Below are positions 44,116 to 54,631 of a DNA stretch of 64,000 bases, in pieces. This stretch comes from Histomonas meleagridis 2922-C6/04-290x (taxonomy: Eukaryota > Protista > Parabasalia): positions 186,001 through 250,000 of the forward strand of contig JAANOX010000017.1 of the NCBI GenBank assembly GCA_020184695.1, in the 5' to 3' direction. The notes below the pieces were generated by a model. The model made no database searches. It was not told where the DNA came from and saw only the letters and a list, made by a program, of their open reading frames with translations. Numbering within the stretch: position 1 is the first letter of the stretch; each line of letters begins with the position of its first letter. Made by a program: the position numbers and the translations under genes.

Positions 44116-45204
44116 TTAAGGAATTTTATCTAATTTCTTTTGCTTTTCATATTTTCTTTTTGCATCTTCTAATTCATTTTCCAGAAACTCTATTTTCTTT
44201 CTCTGAACTAATAAAATTTCATCCCATTTTTTGGTTTCTTTAGACATCAATGTTTCCCATCTTGAATTAAGACCTTCTTTCTTTATTTCGTATGTCTTTC
44301 CAAGTTTTTCTCTTTGTTTAGAAATACTTTTTCTGAATTCATATAATGCGTTTTTCTTTTCCTTTTCTTCTAATTCCTCAATAATATGATGCATCTTCTT
44401 TGCAGCTTCATATTCACGTCCTAAAGCATAATTTCTTTCGTCAATTCTTTTTTCAATCAATTCCTTACTGCTCTTGAAGTTAGAAGCATCAAAATTTGGA
44501 ACACTTTCATTAAAGATACGTAATTCATCTTCATATTGTTGAGCAAGTGAATTTGATTGTTCTTCTTTTTGCTTTTCAAGTTCTTCAAAATGTTCTTGCT
44601 TTTCTTTTTCAAGCGAAACTAGTTGACCAATAGCTTCTTTGTACCTTTGATGTAACTTTAAGAAATGCTGCTTCTTCGAGTTGTCTGGTGTTTTCACTGT
44701 TTTTCGTAAATTATCAATAAGATTATCACACTTTTCAACAAGGTCATAATCATACGTATCAATTGCTTCATTTTTCCTTTCTTTTACAACATGTATCAAT
44801 TTTTGTTTTTTGGTAATATCATCAATTTGTTTATCATTTCCATCTAACATTTGATCAACAATTTTTGAAAGAGATTCATATTCTTCATCAGATATTTCAA
44901 TAATTGAAGGAGAATTTGGTTGTTTCTTTTGAGGTGTTCTTGGTGATGGAATATTGTTAGATGTAACTTCAGAAATTTGATTTATTAATCGTTGAATATT
45001 TCGAATTCTTTTTGTATCTTTATTTAAAAAAGATTCTTCATCACGAAGAGCTATTAAAGAAGAGTAAACTTTGTTTAATTCTTGTTTTTTTAATTCACTA
45101 ACTGTTAATTTTCCTGATATAAGTTGTTCTGCAGTATCAAAGGCGGCAGCGTTAGCCTTTGTATCTTGCTGCTTTTGGCGTATTGAAGATTTAGGTGATA
45201 TCAA
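44116..45204 (-). CDS. Coiled-coil hypothetical protein (start uncertain)
   Basis: 362-codon E/K-rich ORF; no in-frame ATG near the 5' end. Confidence 0.65.
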   Translation of the reverse strand: MISPKSSIRQKQQDTKANAAAFDTAEQLISGKLTVSELKKQELNKVYSSLIALRDEESFLNKDTKRIRNIQRLINQISEVTSNNIPSPRTPQKKQPNSPSIIEISDEEYESLSKIVDQMLDGNDKQIDDITKKQKLIHVVKERKNEAIDTYDYDLVEKCDNLIDNLRKTVKTPDNSKKQHFLKLHQRYKEAIGQLVSLEKEKQEHFEELEKQKEEQSNSLAQQYEDELRIFNESVPNFDASNFKSSKELIEKRIDERNYALGREYEAAKKMHHIIEELEEKEKKNALYEFRKSISKQREKLGKTYEIKKEGLNSRWETLMSKETKKWDEILLVQRKKIEFLENELEDAKRKYEKQKKLDKIP

Positions 45205-45330
45205 AGGATATTGTTTGGTAACGTACAGTATGTAAACTTTTTAAACAAAAGTTCAACTCCCCATTCAAAAAATTTTCCATTGAAAAGTGTTTTGAACATG
45301 AAAATTTGAATCGAAAACAATTTTTATTGA

Positions 45331-47013
45331 TTATTTTTCATTTTTTGGAACGAAAGGTTGATGATCAAGTGTTACTTCAATTCCTTCCATTTCAGATGAG
45401 ATTTTGCTTCTGTTGAAATATGAAATATTTTGGTTTTGGATTCCGAAAATATTTGGATCTTTATAATTTTTGTCAACAACATCTTTTAAATAAGTTTTTC
45501 CATCATCGCCTATTAAAAACTTATCATTTACTCCTAACATTTTTGAATTTCTAGAAGGAACAAGATTAGTAACTTGCTTAATTTCAGGTTTTGACTTTTT
45601 GGTAATATATTGACCTTTTCTTGAATCAGAAAATTTCGAATTTGTTTTTCTTGATAAGAAACTTCGTTGTGTCATTGGATATGTATCATTTAACATTTCG
45701 AAGAATTCATCTCTTCTTAAATAATCCTCAAATTTTTGTGAAACAAGTGAAGCATCAACTTTTAATTGGATTTTCGTTTTAAGTAATTCCATTTCGTTTT
45801 GTAATGTATCAACAGCTTTAAGCTGTTGAACAAGTGTATGAATATCATTATTATTTATTTTTATTCCTAAACTTCCCATTAAATTACTTATTTCTTTTTC
45901 AATTATTTGTTGTAAATCATTAATAACATCATTTTTAAGTTTTTGTAACTCTTTTGGTTTTATTATTTGCTTTTGTTGCTTACGCATTTGAGTTATTTGT
46001 AAGAACAATTCTTCAATTGTTGGAATTCGTTCAACTTCAATCTTTTCATTGTTACAATATGTCGCGACAGTTGAATATTTTAAGTATTGATCAATTTGAA
46101 TTTGATATGGATCTGACCTTTCCCAAAATCCACAATCTGTAGAAACATCAACAACTTCAGCAATTCGAAATTGCATTGGATTTTTCTTCGGCGTGAATTT
46201 TTCGAGCGCAAATCTTTTTAGTTGGCCAAATGTATTAATAATTTCGTCGTTTTCATCATGATTTCTTTCACGTTCAATCATTAATTGTTGAAAAGCTCGT
46301 TTAAATTTTTCGTCATTTGAAATACTTAAATCTTTAAAAATAGTTGGAAGAATTTCAGATATTTTTACTCTTTTTTCTTGTGGTATAGATAAAATCAAAT
46401 CTATAAGTTCAGCAATTTCAGAATATTTAAAATATTGTTCTAAATCTGAAAAAGAAGGTTTAGAATTTATATTATTTGTTATTTCATTGATTTGAGTAGT
46501 AAAAGTTTCATTAAATGAGTTTACTTTGGATGTTATTTTATCTTCTTGTCGTGAAAAATTCAGTTGAAGCTGTTGAATTGTTTCAAGAATTTCATTAGTA
46601 GTAGAAATATTTTGTTCCAATTTAACTCTTGTTTCATCAATTTCTTCATTGTTTAAAGAATCAGAAAGTTTTTCTTGGATGTTTTCAATTTTTTGCTCAC
46701 ATGAATCAATTCGTTTATCCATTCTATTTATTTTTTGTGTAAAAGTTGATAATGCTTCTTCAATTGAATCATTTGTAAAATGTTTTTGGTAACTTTCGAT
46801 GTTATCATTAATATTGTGCAACTGATCTTCGTAATTAAGTATCTTGATTTTAATTGATTGATATTTATCTTCAAGTGCTAATAATGATTCATATAAGAGC
46901 ATCTGAAAATTTAATATTTGTTTCATCCCAGATGTATATAAGTCAATATTTTTGTTGATATCTTTCATGCTATTTATTGTTTCATCTGAAATAATAGAAT
47001 TAATTAAACTCAT
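45331..47013 (-). CDS. Coiled-coil hypothetical protein
   Basis: 560-aa ATG-initiated ORF with long heptad regions. Confidence 0.7.
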   Translation of the reverse strand: MSLINSIISDETINSMKDINKNIDLYTSGMKQILNFQMLLYESLLALEDKYQSIKIKILNYEDQLHNINDNIESYQKHFTNDSIEEALSTFTQKINRMDKRIDSCEQKIENIQEKLSDSLNNEEIDETRVKLEQNISTTNEILETIQQLQLNFSRQEDKITSKVNSFNETFTTQINEITNNINSKPSFSDLEQYFKYSEIAELIDLILSIPQEKRVKISEILPTIFKDLSISNDEKFKRAFQQLMIERERNHDENDEIINTFGQLKRFALEKFTPKKNPMQFRIAEVVDVSTDCGFWERSDPYQIQIDQYLKYSTVATYCNNEKIEVERIPTIEELFLQITQMRKQQKQIIKPKELQKLKNDVINDLQQIIEKEISNLMGSLGIKINNNDIHTLVQQLKAVDTLQNEMELLKTKIQLKVDASLVSQKFEDYLRRDEFFEMLNDTYPMTQRSFLSRKTNSKFSDSRKGQYITKKSKPEIKQVTNLVPSRNSKMLGVNDKFLIGDDGKTYLKDVVDKNYKDPNIFGIQNQNISYFNRSKISSEMEGIEVTLDHQPFVPKNEK

Positions 47014-47280
47014 TATAAAATTTTTTGGATTCTCTGCACGTTAGTGGAATGTAAACTTTACAATTATATAAACCTATTGAATTGAGTGACGAACAAAAAC
47101 AACACAAAAAATCAATTTTTGTAAAGTTTATTTTTTTACAAAAGGCACTGTAAAAATTAAATCCGAAAGATTTTCAAATTTTAAAATAATAACATGTGAA
47201 CCTACATTTACTATGCGCTGTTATGACTGTGGGCCAACGATTTACCCAATAGTATCATCGCCATTATAAATAAGATTTAA

Positions 47281-47883
47281 TTAGCATTTACATTCTTCTT
47301 TGGTATTGTTGGTTTCTCTAAGATTGACTGGCTTGCCATTTACTATTTTTTCGAGAAGCTCTTGTCTATTTGTAACCAACAATCTTAAAATTGTATCAAA
47401 AAGCATATTAAGTCCAGCTCCACTTTTAGCACTGGTTTCACAGTATGAAGCTCCTATGCTTTGGGCGGTTTGTTCACCTTCTTCTGTTTTGACTTTGCGG
47501 TTTTCTTCTAAATCAATTTTATTTCCGACCAAAACTATTAACATTTTTGGATCTGTAGCTCTCACTTCGTTTATCCAGTCGTGGATTTGATCAAATGTAT
47601 CCCTCTGGGTAATATCGAATACAATTACAGCTACAGCAGTATTTCGGTAATACATCGGAGCCAAACCTCGATAAGCTTCTTGTCCAGCAGTATCCCAAAT
47701 TGCTAAATCAATAGGTTGACCATTGTATGCATTATCGATTCGATAATTTAGAAATGAGGCGCCAATTGTTGATGACGTGTTATCGTTGAATCTTCCGTTA
47801 ACATATCGGCATATAATTGATGTTTTTCCTGTTGTGGTTTCTCCAAGGAAAACAATCTTGCATTTTTCTTCGCTAAGGCTCAT
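47281..47883 (-). CDS. Rab family small GTPase (Rab5/21-like motifs; subfamily uncertain)
   Basis: GETTTGKTS, TIGASF, WDTAGQE, LAPMYYRN, GNKID, ETSAK, C-terminal CKC prenylation motif. Confidence 0.95.
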   Translation of the reverse strand: MSLSEEKCKIVFLGETTTGKTSIICRYVNGRFNDNTSSTIGASFLNYRIDNAYNGQPIDLAIWDTAGQEAYRGLAPMYYRNTAVAVIVFDITQRDTFDQIHDWINEVRATDPKMLIVLVGNKIDLEENRKVKTEEGEQTAQSIGASYCETSAKSGAGLNMLFDTILRLLVTNRQELLEKIVNGKPVNLRETNNTKEECKC

Positions 47884-48872
47884 TTTTTAAATTGACAGAC
47901 CATTTCATAGAAAAAGATACTATTATCGATTAACCGACTAATCGATCTACAGTCCACTTTTTGCTAAACGGTTTTTTGGGGTAGTTCGGAAATTTGACAA
48001 AAAGTGGCAAATCTTTAAGATTTCTTTAAAATCTCCTATAAGATTAATACATGTATTTATCACCTATAAGATATATCCTTTAAAACTACAATTGAAAAAT
48101 AAAATTGATAATATATGCTGATTAAATTATTCATTTGTTGTGTTCGAAAATATAAACTATGATATAGACAATAAAAATATTTACTATCGATCTATTGTAT
48201 CACAAAAATTTTGATTTAGGTCTTAATTATCGAAAAATATGAGAACGAATTTTTATATGAAATATATCATGAGATATCTCATTTTGAAAAGATGAATAAA
48301 AAAATTCATTTTTTTCCCAAATAAATGAGATTTAAAAAAATAATCCTGCGCATTTTACTACAAAAGAATTAATAAATTATTTTTTGGTTCCAAGATATTC
48401 TTATTTGAAAAGTGGTATCTGGTCGGCCCCTTTCTCGAGAGGCTAAAAACTTGTTTCGACTCTAAATATCTCAAAAAAAATGTTAGGGTGTGTACATCAT
48501 TCGGTTAATTGTTTTAAAAATATGGGGATTAGTCTTTGCTTTTTTCGTTATATTAATTTTACCCATTATCACAATCAAAGTTTATTAAAATGATGTTTCT
48601 ACATTGTCACAACAAAAAAGAAAATTACAATATGAACATAATTATTACAACAGAATCCATCCCATTTATATAAGAGAGAAAAAAAAAATTGTTGATTTTA
48701 AATGATTTTGTTCCAAAATTTTTCTTCACATTTGTTACACACCCATAGTATATATTTATGAGTTTAAAATGAAGTTCATCCAAATTTGGAGTTTTCTTTT
48801 TGATTGAAGAAAAAATTGCATATTTTTATTTTGCATTATTTTTGTTATTTTTTCTTTGTTTTTACAAAAAAA

Positions 48873-50608
48873 TGAATTTTTATTCACAAAACTTTTTACA
48901 AAATAGCCCAATAGTTCTTTTTATTTTGTTCTTTCTATATTTTTGTTTCATACATATGGAATTTTTGATGAAGCAACAAAAACACTTACAGTAACAAGTT
49001 TAAAGGAGATAACTAATGAATATGTTTGCATGGCTAGACATCTTAAAATATCAGAAATTGATTTTCCGATACAAGCTTACCGAAGATGGAACGTATTGAT
49101 TACAGTTGAAATATATGATTCTGTTAATATGATATGTTCTGAAGCTTTTTGTTTGTGTCAATTATCAGAATCAGTTATCATAGGGAAAGATGTTACAACT
49201 ATAAGTTCATCTTCTTTTTCTGAATGTTATTATATAATATGATACCAGATTCAGTTCAAACAATTGAAAGTTATGCATTTTCTTCAAGTCAAAATTTGGA
49301 TGTAGTTATTCTTAATAATAATATAACAAAAATCAACGGAATCTCAAACAGTTCAATAAAAAAGATGTCATTACCAAATACAATAAAATCAATTTCAGAT
49401 GGTGCATTTAACTCATCTTTGTCATTAATGAAAGAAACAATTTCAAATTTGCTTCCTCTTATTCCTTCTAGTGCATTTCAGAATTGCATTTCATTAACTA
49501 ATATCGTATTACCAAACTCAGTTACTTTTATTGACTATTATGCATTTTATCAATGTAAATCATTAGAAAATATAACACTTTCAAATAAATTGGAAACAAT
49601 TAATTTCGATCCATTTGTAGAATGTATTTCATTGAAAGAAATCACTATACCAAATTCAGTAGCTTATATTGGAAGAGAAGCATTTTATAAATGTACAAGT
49701 TTGGAAACTGTAATCATCAAAAGTAATGTTTACCAAATCATATATTTTGCATTCAAAGACTGTTCCAATCTCAGATGTGTATATTATTTTGGTAATTCAC
49801 AGCCATTATTTACATCAATTATCTTTGCTAATTCACCAGTGAAAATTGTTATGACAAATGAAACATATGAAAGTTCAAGATTTGCCGAATTGGATGTTGT
49901 TAAAGGTTAAACTATTGATGAATGTAATGAATATGCTTTTTGGCCAACAAATACATTTACACAAACAAATACATATGCACAATCAAATACATATACACAA
50001 TCAAATACATATACACAATCAAATGCATTGACACCATCAAAACCATATTATTACTCAAATACAAATGAACAAACTATTTCATATTATTTCTCTGATACAA
50101 GTAATGTATCAGTTCATTACCTTCTGATGTAACTTTGTCGCATTCTTTTACATTGACACAACATTTAATTGAAACAGAAACAATTTCTTTAAGCGGATTT
50201 GTTACAGTCAGTCCTTTACTTTCCATATTTGAAGGTGAATATATTTATATTAGCGCAAAAGTTATTTACTATTCATACATTGTGGTTCAATTCTCTTTAT
50301 ATGAAACTCATTATTATGGATTTTATACATTGGTATATCAAAATTATAAAAAGCAAAACAACAAAAACGGAATTATCATTGGTGTTTGTGTTGCTTTGGC
50401 TGTTGTTATTGTTATTTTGTTGGTTATTTTGTTAATTCGAATTAAAAAGCATAAGCGAACAAACGGTATAAACATCGAAGAAGCTGAAGAAATCAAATAA
50501 TTTGGTGAAACAACGAACAAATTTTCGGTGGGTTTAAACGTTGCGAATGTTGACGAAGATCCATTTGCAGCAGATTTTAATGAAGGTAATGAATTTATTA
50601 AAATATAA
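48873..50608 (+). pseudogene. BspA-like LRR surface protein with SNT-repeat stalk, TM and DPF tail, disrupted by frameshifts and in-frame TAA codons
   Basis: TpLRR repeats (LTNIVLPNSVTFIDYYAFYQCKSLENITL), (Q/S)NTYT repeats, TM GIIIGVCVALAVVIVILLVILLI, tail NVDEDPFAADFNE. Spread over at least 4 reading segments. Confidence 0.8.
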
Positions 50609-50987
50609 TAAATAAATAATTAGTCTGGTTCAAAATACACGTTTTTCGTTTCTTTACCCTTCCTCGGGGCGGACGCCATTTTTATGCCAAAAAGTCCCCT
50701 ACTCGAAATTCTCTTGTTTTTCATTATCTCGATTTACACCAACTTACTCCCATTTGGGGCACCCTGCAAACTTTTCCCATCATAAATATACTTTTGTAAA
50801 CTTAACAATTCCTTTAAGTTTTTGCGAGCTGTAAACGGTTGTAAATTTTGTTTCTTCAATTATATTATAACAAATTATTTAGTTCATATTTATTGACATT
50901 CGCTTTGAAGCAAGAACGAATCTGCAAAACTTTATGGAAATATACAAAATTTTATTTATAAATAATTACGAAAAATAACATTGATGA

Positions 50988-52100
50988 TTAAAATACAAAG
51001 GATATATCAAGATCATCGTTTTCAGGGAAGGTGAGTGCCATTGGTGACGCTGTTTTTGTCGCTCTAAATGAAGCCTTCGAACAATATATTGCCTTTGAAT
51101 TTGAAACAGGTGTCCCATTTTGGTGCTGTCTGGAGACTATTGTTACGTTGTGGTTCTGGCTTTGTCTTGGGTTTTTGCAAGAGTTGAATTTTGTTAAATT
51201 ACATCTGAATCTTTCCGGAAGACTTCCTGATTGCCATGACGCAGTATACGAATCTGAAAACCAATCATGCCTTAAAGCTTGGTCTGCTGTTAATCTTTTT
51301 TTGGGATCAACGCAGAGAAGTTTGCTGATAAGATCCGCGCAAGATTTCGATATGCTGCTACTAATTGTGTAATTGCCAAGAGTTATTTTGTTTATGAGCT
51401 TCGGAAGACAATTGTCGTAGAATGGAAGTGATCCCATTACTAACGCAAATAAAACAACACCGGATGACCACATATCAGCAGAAGATCCAATGTATGGTTG
51501 GTTGTTAAGCACTTCTGGGGCTGAATAATAGTATGATCCACAATATGTTGTAAGTAAACAATCATTTGCATGTTCTGATGAAAAACCAAAGTCTATGATT
51601 TTAACTTCATAGCTAGAACTAACAATGATGTTTTCTAACTTAAGATCTCTGTGAGCAATACCTTTGTTATGAAGAAATGAAAGAGCAATAATGATCTGTT
51701 TGAAAATTATTCGACAAACCCTCTCTGAAATACTTGAACGTGAGTTGATAAAGCTTAACAAAGAGGTCCCTTGGCAATATTCCATGAATATGTAAATGTT
51801 TTGTTCATCTTCAATTACATCGTAAAGTTTAACGATGTTTGGGTGGTCAACTTTGGATAGGATCTCTACCTCTGACATTTGTAGTTTCAAATCTTTTTTT
51901 GTTTGGAATTGTGATTTATTAACGATCTTTACACATAGTGTTGAAGTATCTCTAGGATCTTCATTTATTGCATAGCGTATGGTGCTAAAGCTCCCTTTGG
52001 CGAGTTGTGCACCTATCCTGTAAGTGCCAATCCTGCAGCTGCACATGAATTTTTTTTGAAAAGTTTCATATTCAAAAAGTAGATAGAGATTATTTGCCAT
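50988..52100 (-). CDS. CAMK-group Ser/Thr protein kinase (SNF1/MARK-like)
   Basis: GSFSTI, CVKIV, HRDLKLEN, DFG, TYCGSYYYSAPE, DMWSSGV. Start codon uncertain (52100 or 52046). Confidence 0.93.
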   Translation of the reverse strand: MANNLYLLFEYETFQKKFMCSCRIGTYRIGAQLAKGSFSTIRYAINEDPRDTSTLCVKIVNKSQFQTKKDLKLQMSEVEILSKVDHPNIVKLYDVIEDEQNIYIFMEYCQGTSLLSFINSRSSISERVCRIIFKQIIIALSFLHNKGIAHRDLKLENIIVSSSYEVKIIDFGFSSEHANDCLLTTYCGSYYYSAPEVLNNQPYIGSSADMWSSGVVLFALVMGSLPFYDNCLPKLINKITLGNYTISSSISKSCADLISKLLCVDPKKRLTADQALRHDWFSDSYTASWQSGSLPERFRCNLTKFNSCKNPRQSQNHNVTIVSRQHQNGTPVSNSKAIYCSKASFRATKTASPMALTFPENDDLDISFVF

Positions 52101-52604
52101 TGTATGTGAACTGTTAGTAAATAATTCTGAGGAATACAACAGGTCTTCTTTGAAAATTAACTGATCTTCAATCAATTCCGATAAGATTTGAATAAAGTCT
52201 GTTTAACTAATTCAATATCAAAGTTTTCCACAATGTTGTATTGAACTGGTGGTTATATAAACATCAGAAAAAAATTATTGCTAAAATCATAAATGAAATT
52301 AAAATATCTTGTCAAAATAACAATAAATAATGAAATACACTCGAAAAAATTATCATACAAAAATAATAAATAATTATTTTGGAAATAAATGGATAATATA
52401 AATCTAATTTAATACATGATCAAAATTCGTTAACAAATATAAAATATTACTTATCACTTATAAAAATTTTCCCATAAGCTCGTAATGTAATACACCCCTA
52501 ATCAAATATCGATATTTAGATAACACCTACTGTCAAATGAGTGAATGTTTGCTGTTTAATGTAAACTGTAACAACATTTCTGAGTGTCACTTTTTAATCA
52601 AAGA

Positions 52605-54305
52605 ATGAACTCAGCAAAAAGAGCTGAAATTGCAAATAATATAAAAATTGCTGGTATTCTTTCGCAAGCATCAAAACACCAAGAAGCTTATGATCAGTTG
52701 TTAGCATGTATTAAAGAATCCATAAAATTAAATTTCTTTCCTATTCTTGATTCAGCCCTTTCAATGCATTGTAATGTATGTAGCTCGTTATCCAAGGATT
52801 TAGAAATTTGTATTAATAGATTTGTTCAACTTGCACCTCAATGCAGAACTCCAAATCCAAGCTTTGTTTTTGACGCTCTCAACACAATTACAAGTAACAT
52901 AAAAGGAAACCAAGAGGCATCTATTCAAGATTATTTTCAAAATATATTTCCTATAAAAATCCAGGCAAATTATTCTGAAGGAAAAGTTTTCGCAGGAAAT
53001 AGCTCAACAATTCATTCATACATAACTTCCTTAATTCCATTTCCAATTACCATCAAGAAATTTTCTCTTGGAATATCCCACATTGATAATTCTACCGAAA
53101 AAAGTGAAAAAGATGAGATAATTTTAATCCAAGAAAACATACAAATCAGCCCACGAATACCAATAAAGATAAGTTATACACGTAAATTGCCCTCAGCCAT
53201 TTCATCTGAAAAAATCAATTTTGCCCTTATTGAATATAACGATTTATCAATCAAAATACCAATCAAACCAAGTGCCATCCAAATCTCTCCAGATCCTTCT
53301 GCATATAAAGTTGAAGCTATTCTTCCTGAAAAATGCATAACCGGAATTGATCTCCCATTAATCATCAAACTTAAGGCTTCTAATCAACCAATCAATGATC
53401 TCAGCTTCACTGTTTCAAGTGGCAGTCCATCAATTGTTCTAACCATCACGAATGAAGATGGTTCGATCACATATCAACACAATCAAAATGTTGAACTTCC
53501 AAACCTAAAGCCCAATGAATCCATTGAACTTAAAATGAAAGTTAAATCCCAAGTTTCTGTTACCCAAACCTTTAATTTTTCAATTACATTTGGAACACCA
53601 ATTTCAGGAATCGGAACCTTTACTCACTCCTATCTCCTCGACTTTAAGTCACCCATTTCATCCGACATTACCCTTTACGACAACAACTTTGTCATGTTTC
53701 CAATAGGAGCCAAGCCGACGATCGAAAACGGCTCAAAAATAAACGTTCAAACTTCGATAACGAACTCCATTAACGTTCCCCTGATGATCACCAACATTAG
53801 TGGCACGTTACAACATTTAGAGCTACCTACATTTCCATTCAAGCTTTCACCTAAAGAAATGTTCACCTTTATCAGCCAAGTTTCAACGGCCGGTTCACAT
53901 GAATCAATTATCCAATTTGAAGTTGAAGGAAAAACGTCATCAGTGTCATTAAAGCTTCCAACCATTATCCAAGAACAAAACACTGTTGTCTATTCCATTA
54001 ACTCGCCAAGCGTTGTCACTAAGAATAAGGAATTCGACGTCGAAGTAACAATCAAACGATTAAACGATTCGAATTCGGAAATTTCGAACATTTCATTCGA
54101 AATCGAGAAATCGAACATTTTCTTGGTGAAAGGAATCACAAAGAAAATGATTTACATATTACCGGATCAAGAAAAGAAAATAAAAATTACGCTGTACCCG
54201 CTCGAGTCAGGCTCGACAACATTGCCAAATATAACTTTTAACGAAGTGAAGGCGTCAAACGAAAAGAAACGAATTTTTGTACCAATAGTAATTTTGGATA
54301 AATAA
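52605..54305 (+). CDS. Hypothetical protein with tandem Ig-like beta-sandwich domains (possibly TRAPPC11-like C-terminus)
   Basis: Beta-rich segments and a C-terminal LYPLESGSTTLPNITF motif reminiscent of TRAPP large subunits; weak. Confidence 0.45.
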   Translation: MNSAKRAEIANNIKIAGILSQASKHQEAYDQLLACIKESIKLNFFPILDSALSMHCNVCSSLSKDLEICINRFVQLAPQCRTPNPSFVFDALNTITSNIKGNQEASIQDYFQNIFPIKIQANYSEGKVFAGNSSTIHSYITSLIPFPITIKKFSLGISHIDNSTEKSEKDEIILIQENIQISPRIPIKISYTRKLPSAISSEKINFALIEYNDLSIKIPIKPSAIQISPDPSAYKVEAILPEKCITGIDLPLIIKLKASNQPINDLSFTVSSGSPSIVLTITNEDGSITYQHNQNVELPNLKPNESIELKMKVKSQVSVTQTFNFSITFGTPISGIGTFTHSYLLDFKSPISSDITLYDNNFVMFPIGAKPTIENGSKINVQTSITNSINVPLMITNISGTLQHLELPTFPFKLSPKEMFTFISQVSTAGSHESIIQFEVEGKTSSVSLKLPTIIQEQNTVVYSINSPSVVTKNKEFDVEVTIKRLNDSNSEISNISFEIEKSNIFLVKGITKKMIYILPDQEKKIKITLYPLESGSTTLPNITFNEVKASNEKKRIFVPIVILDK

Positions 54306-54631
54306 AAATGAGGAATCTATGAACTGTTTTATTTTGGAATTGGAGAATTACATTATGTGGAATAATGCGACGGAAAAATACTTAAATGATCAAAATAGTA
54401 ATTTAAAGATATCATATGATGCTTTCTGTAAGGAATTTCATGAAATTCAGAATTGTACTAAATTTATGGGATGGTGATTAAAAGGTTAAATATTTTTCCT
54501 GAATCCACAATATGAAAAATGTCATCAAATAATATAAATCTTTTAAATATTTATATAATTAATTAAAAAAAATCATTTATTAATACAAAGAAAAAAAATA
54601 TATTTTGTAATAAAAACTATTTATATATATA

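Noticed and set aside
49908-50500. Stop-codon reassignment (TAA as sense)
   Set aside because: Conserved genes in the window (V-ATPase D, Rab, Prp18, calnexin) end at TAA and contain no internal TAA/TAG.
50640-50770. GC-richer intergenic island (possible ncRNA or transposon end); similar patches at 40840-40910 and 58680-58830
   Set aside because: No tRNA cloverleaf, snoRNA box pair at a plausible spacing, or matching inverted partner could be found by eye.
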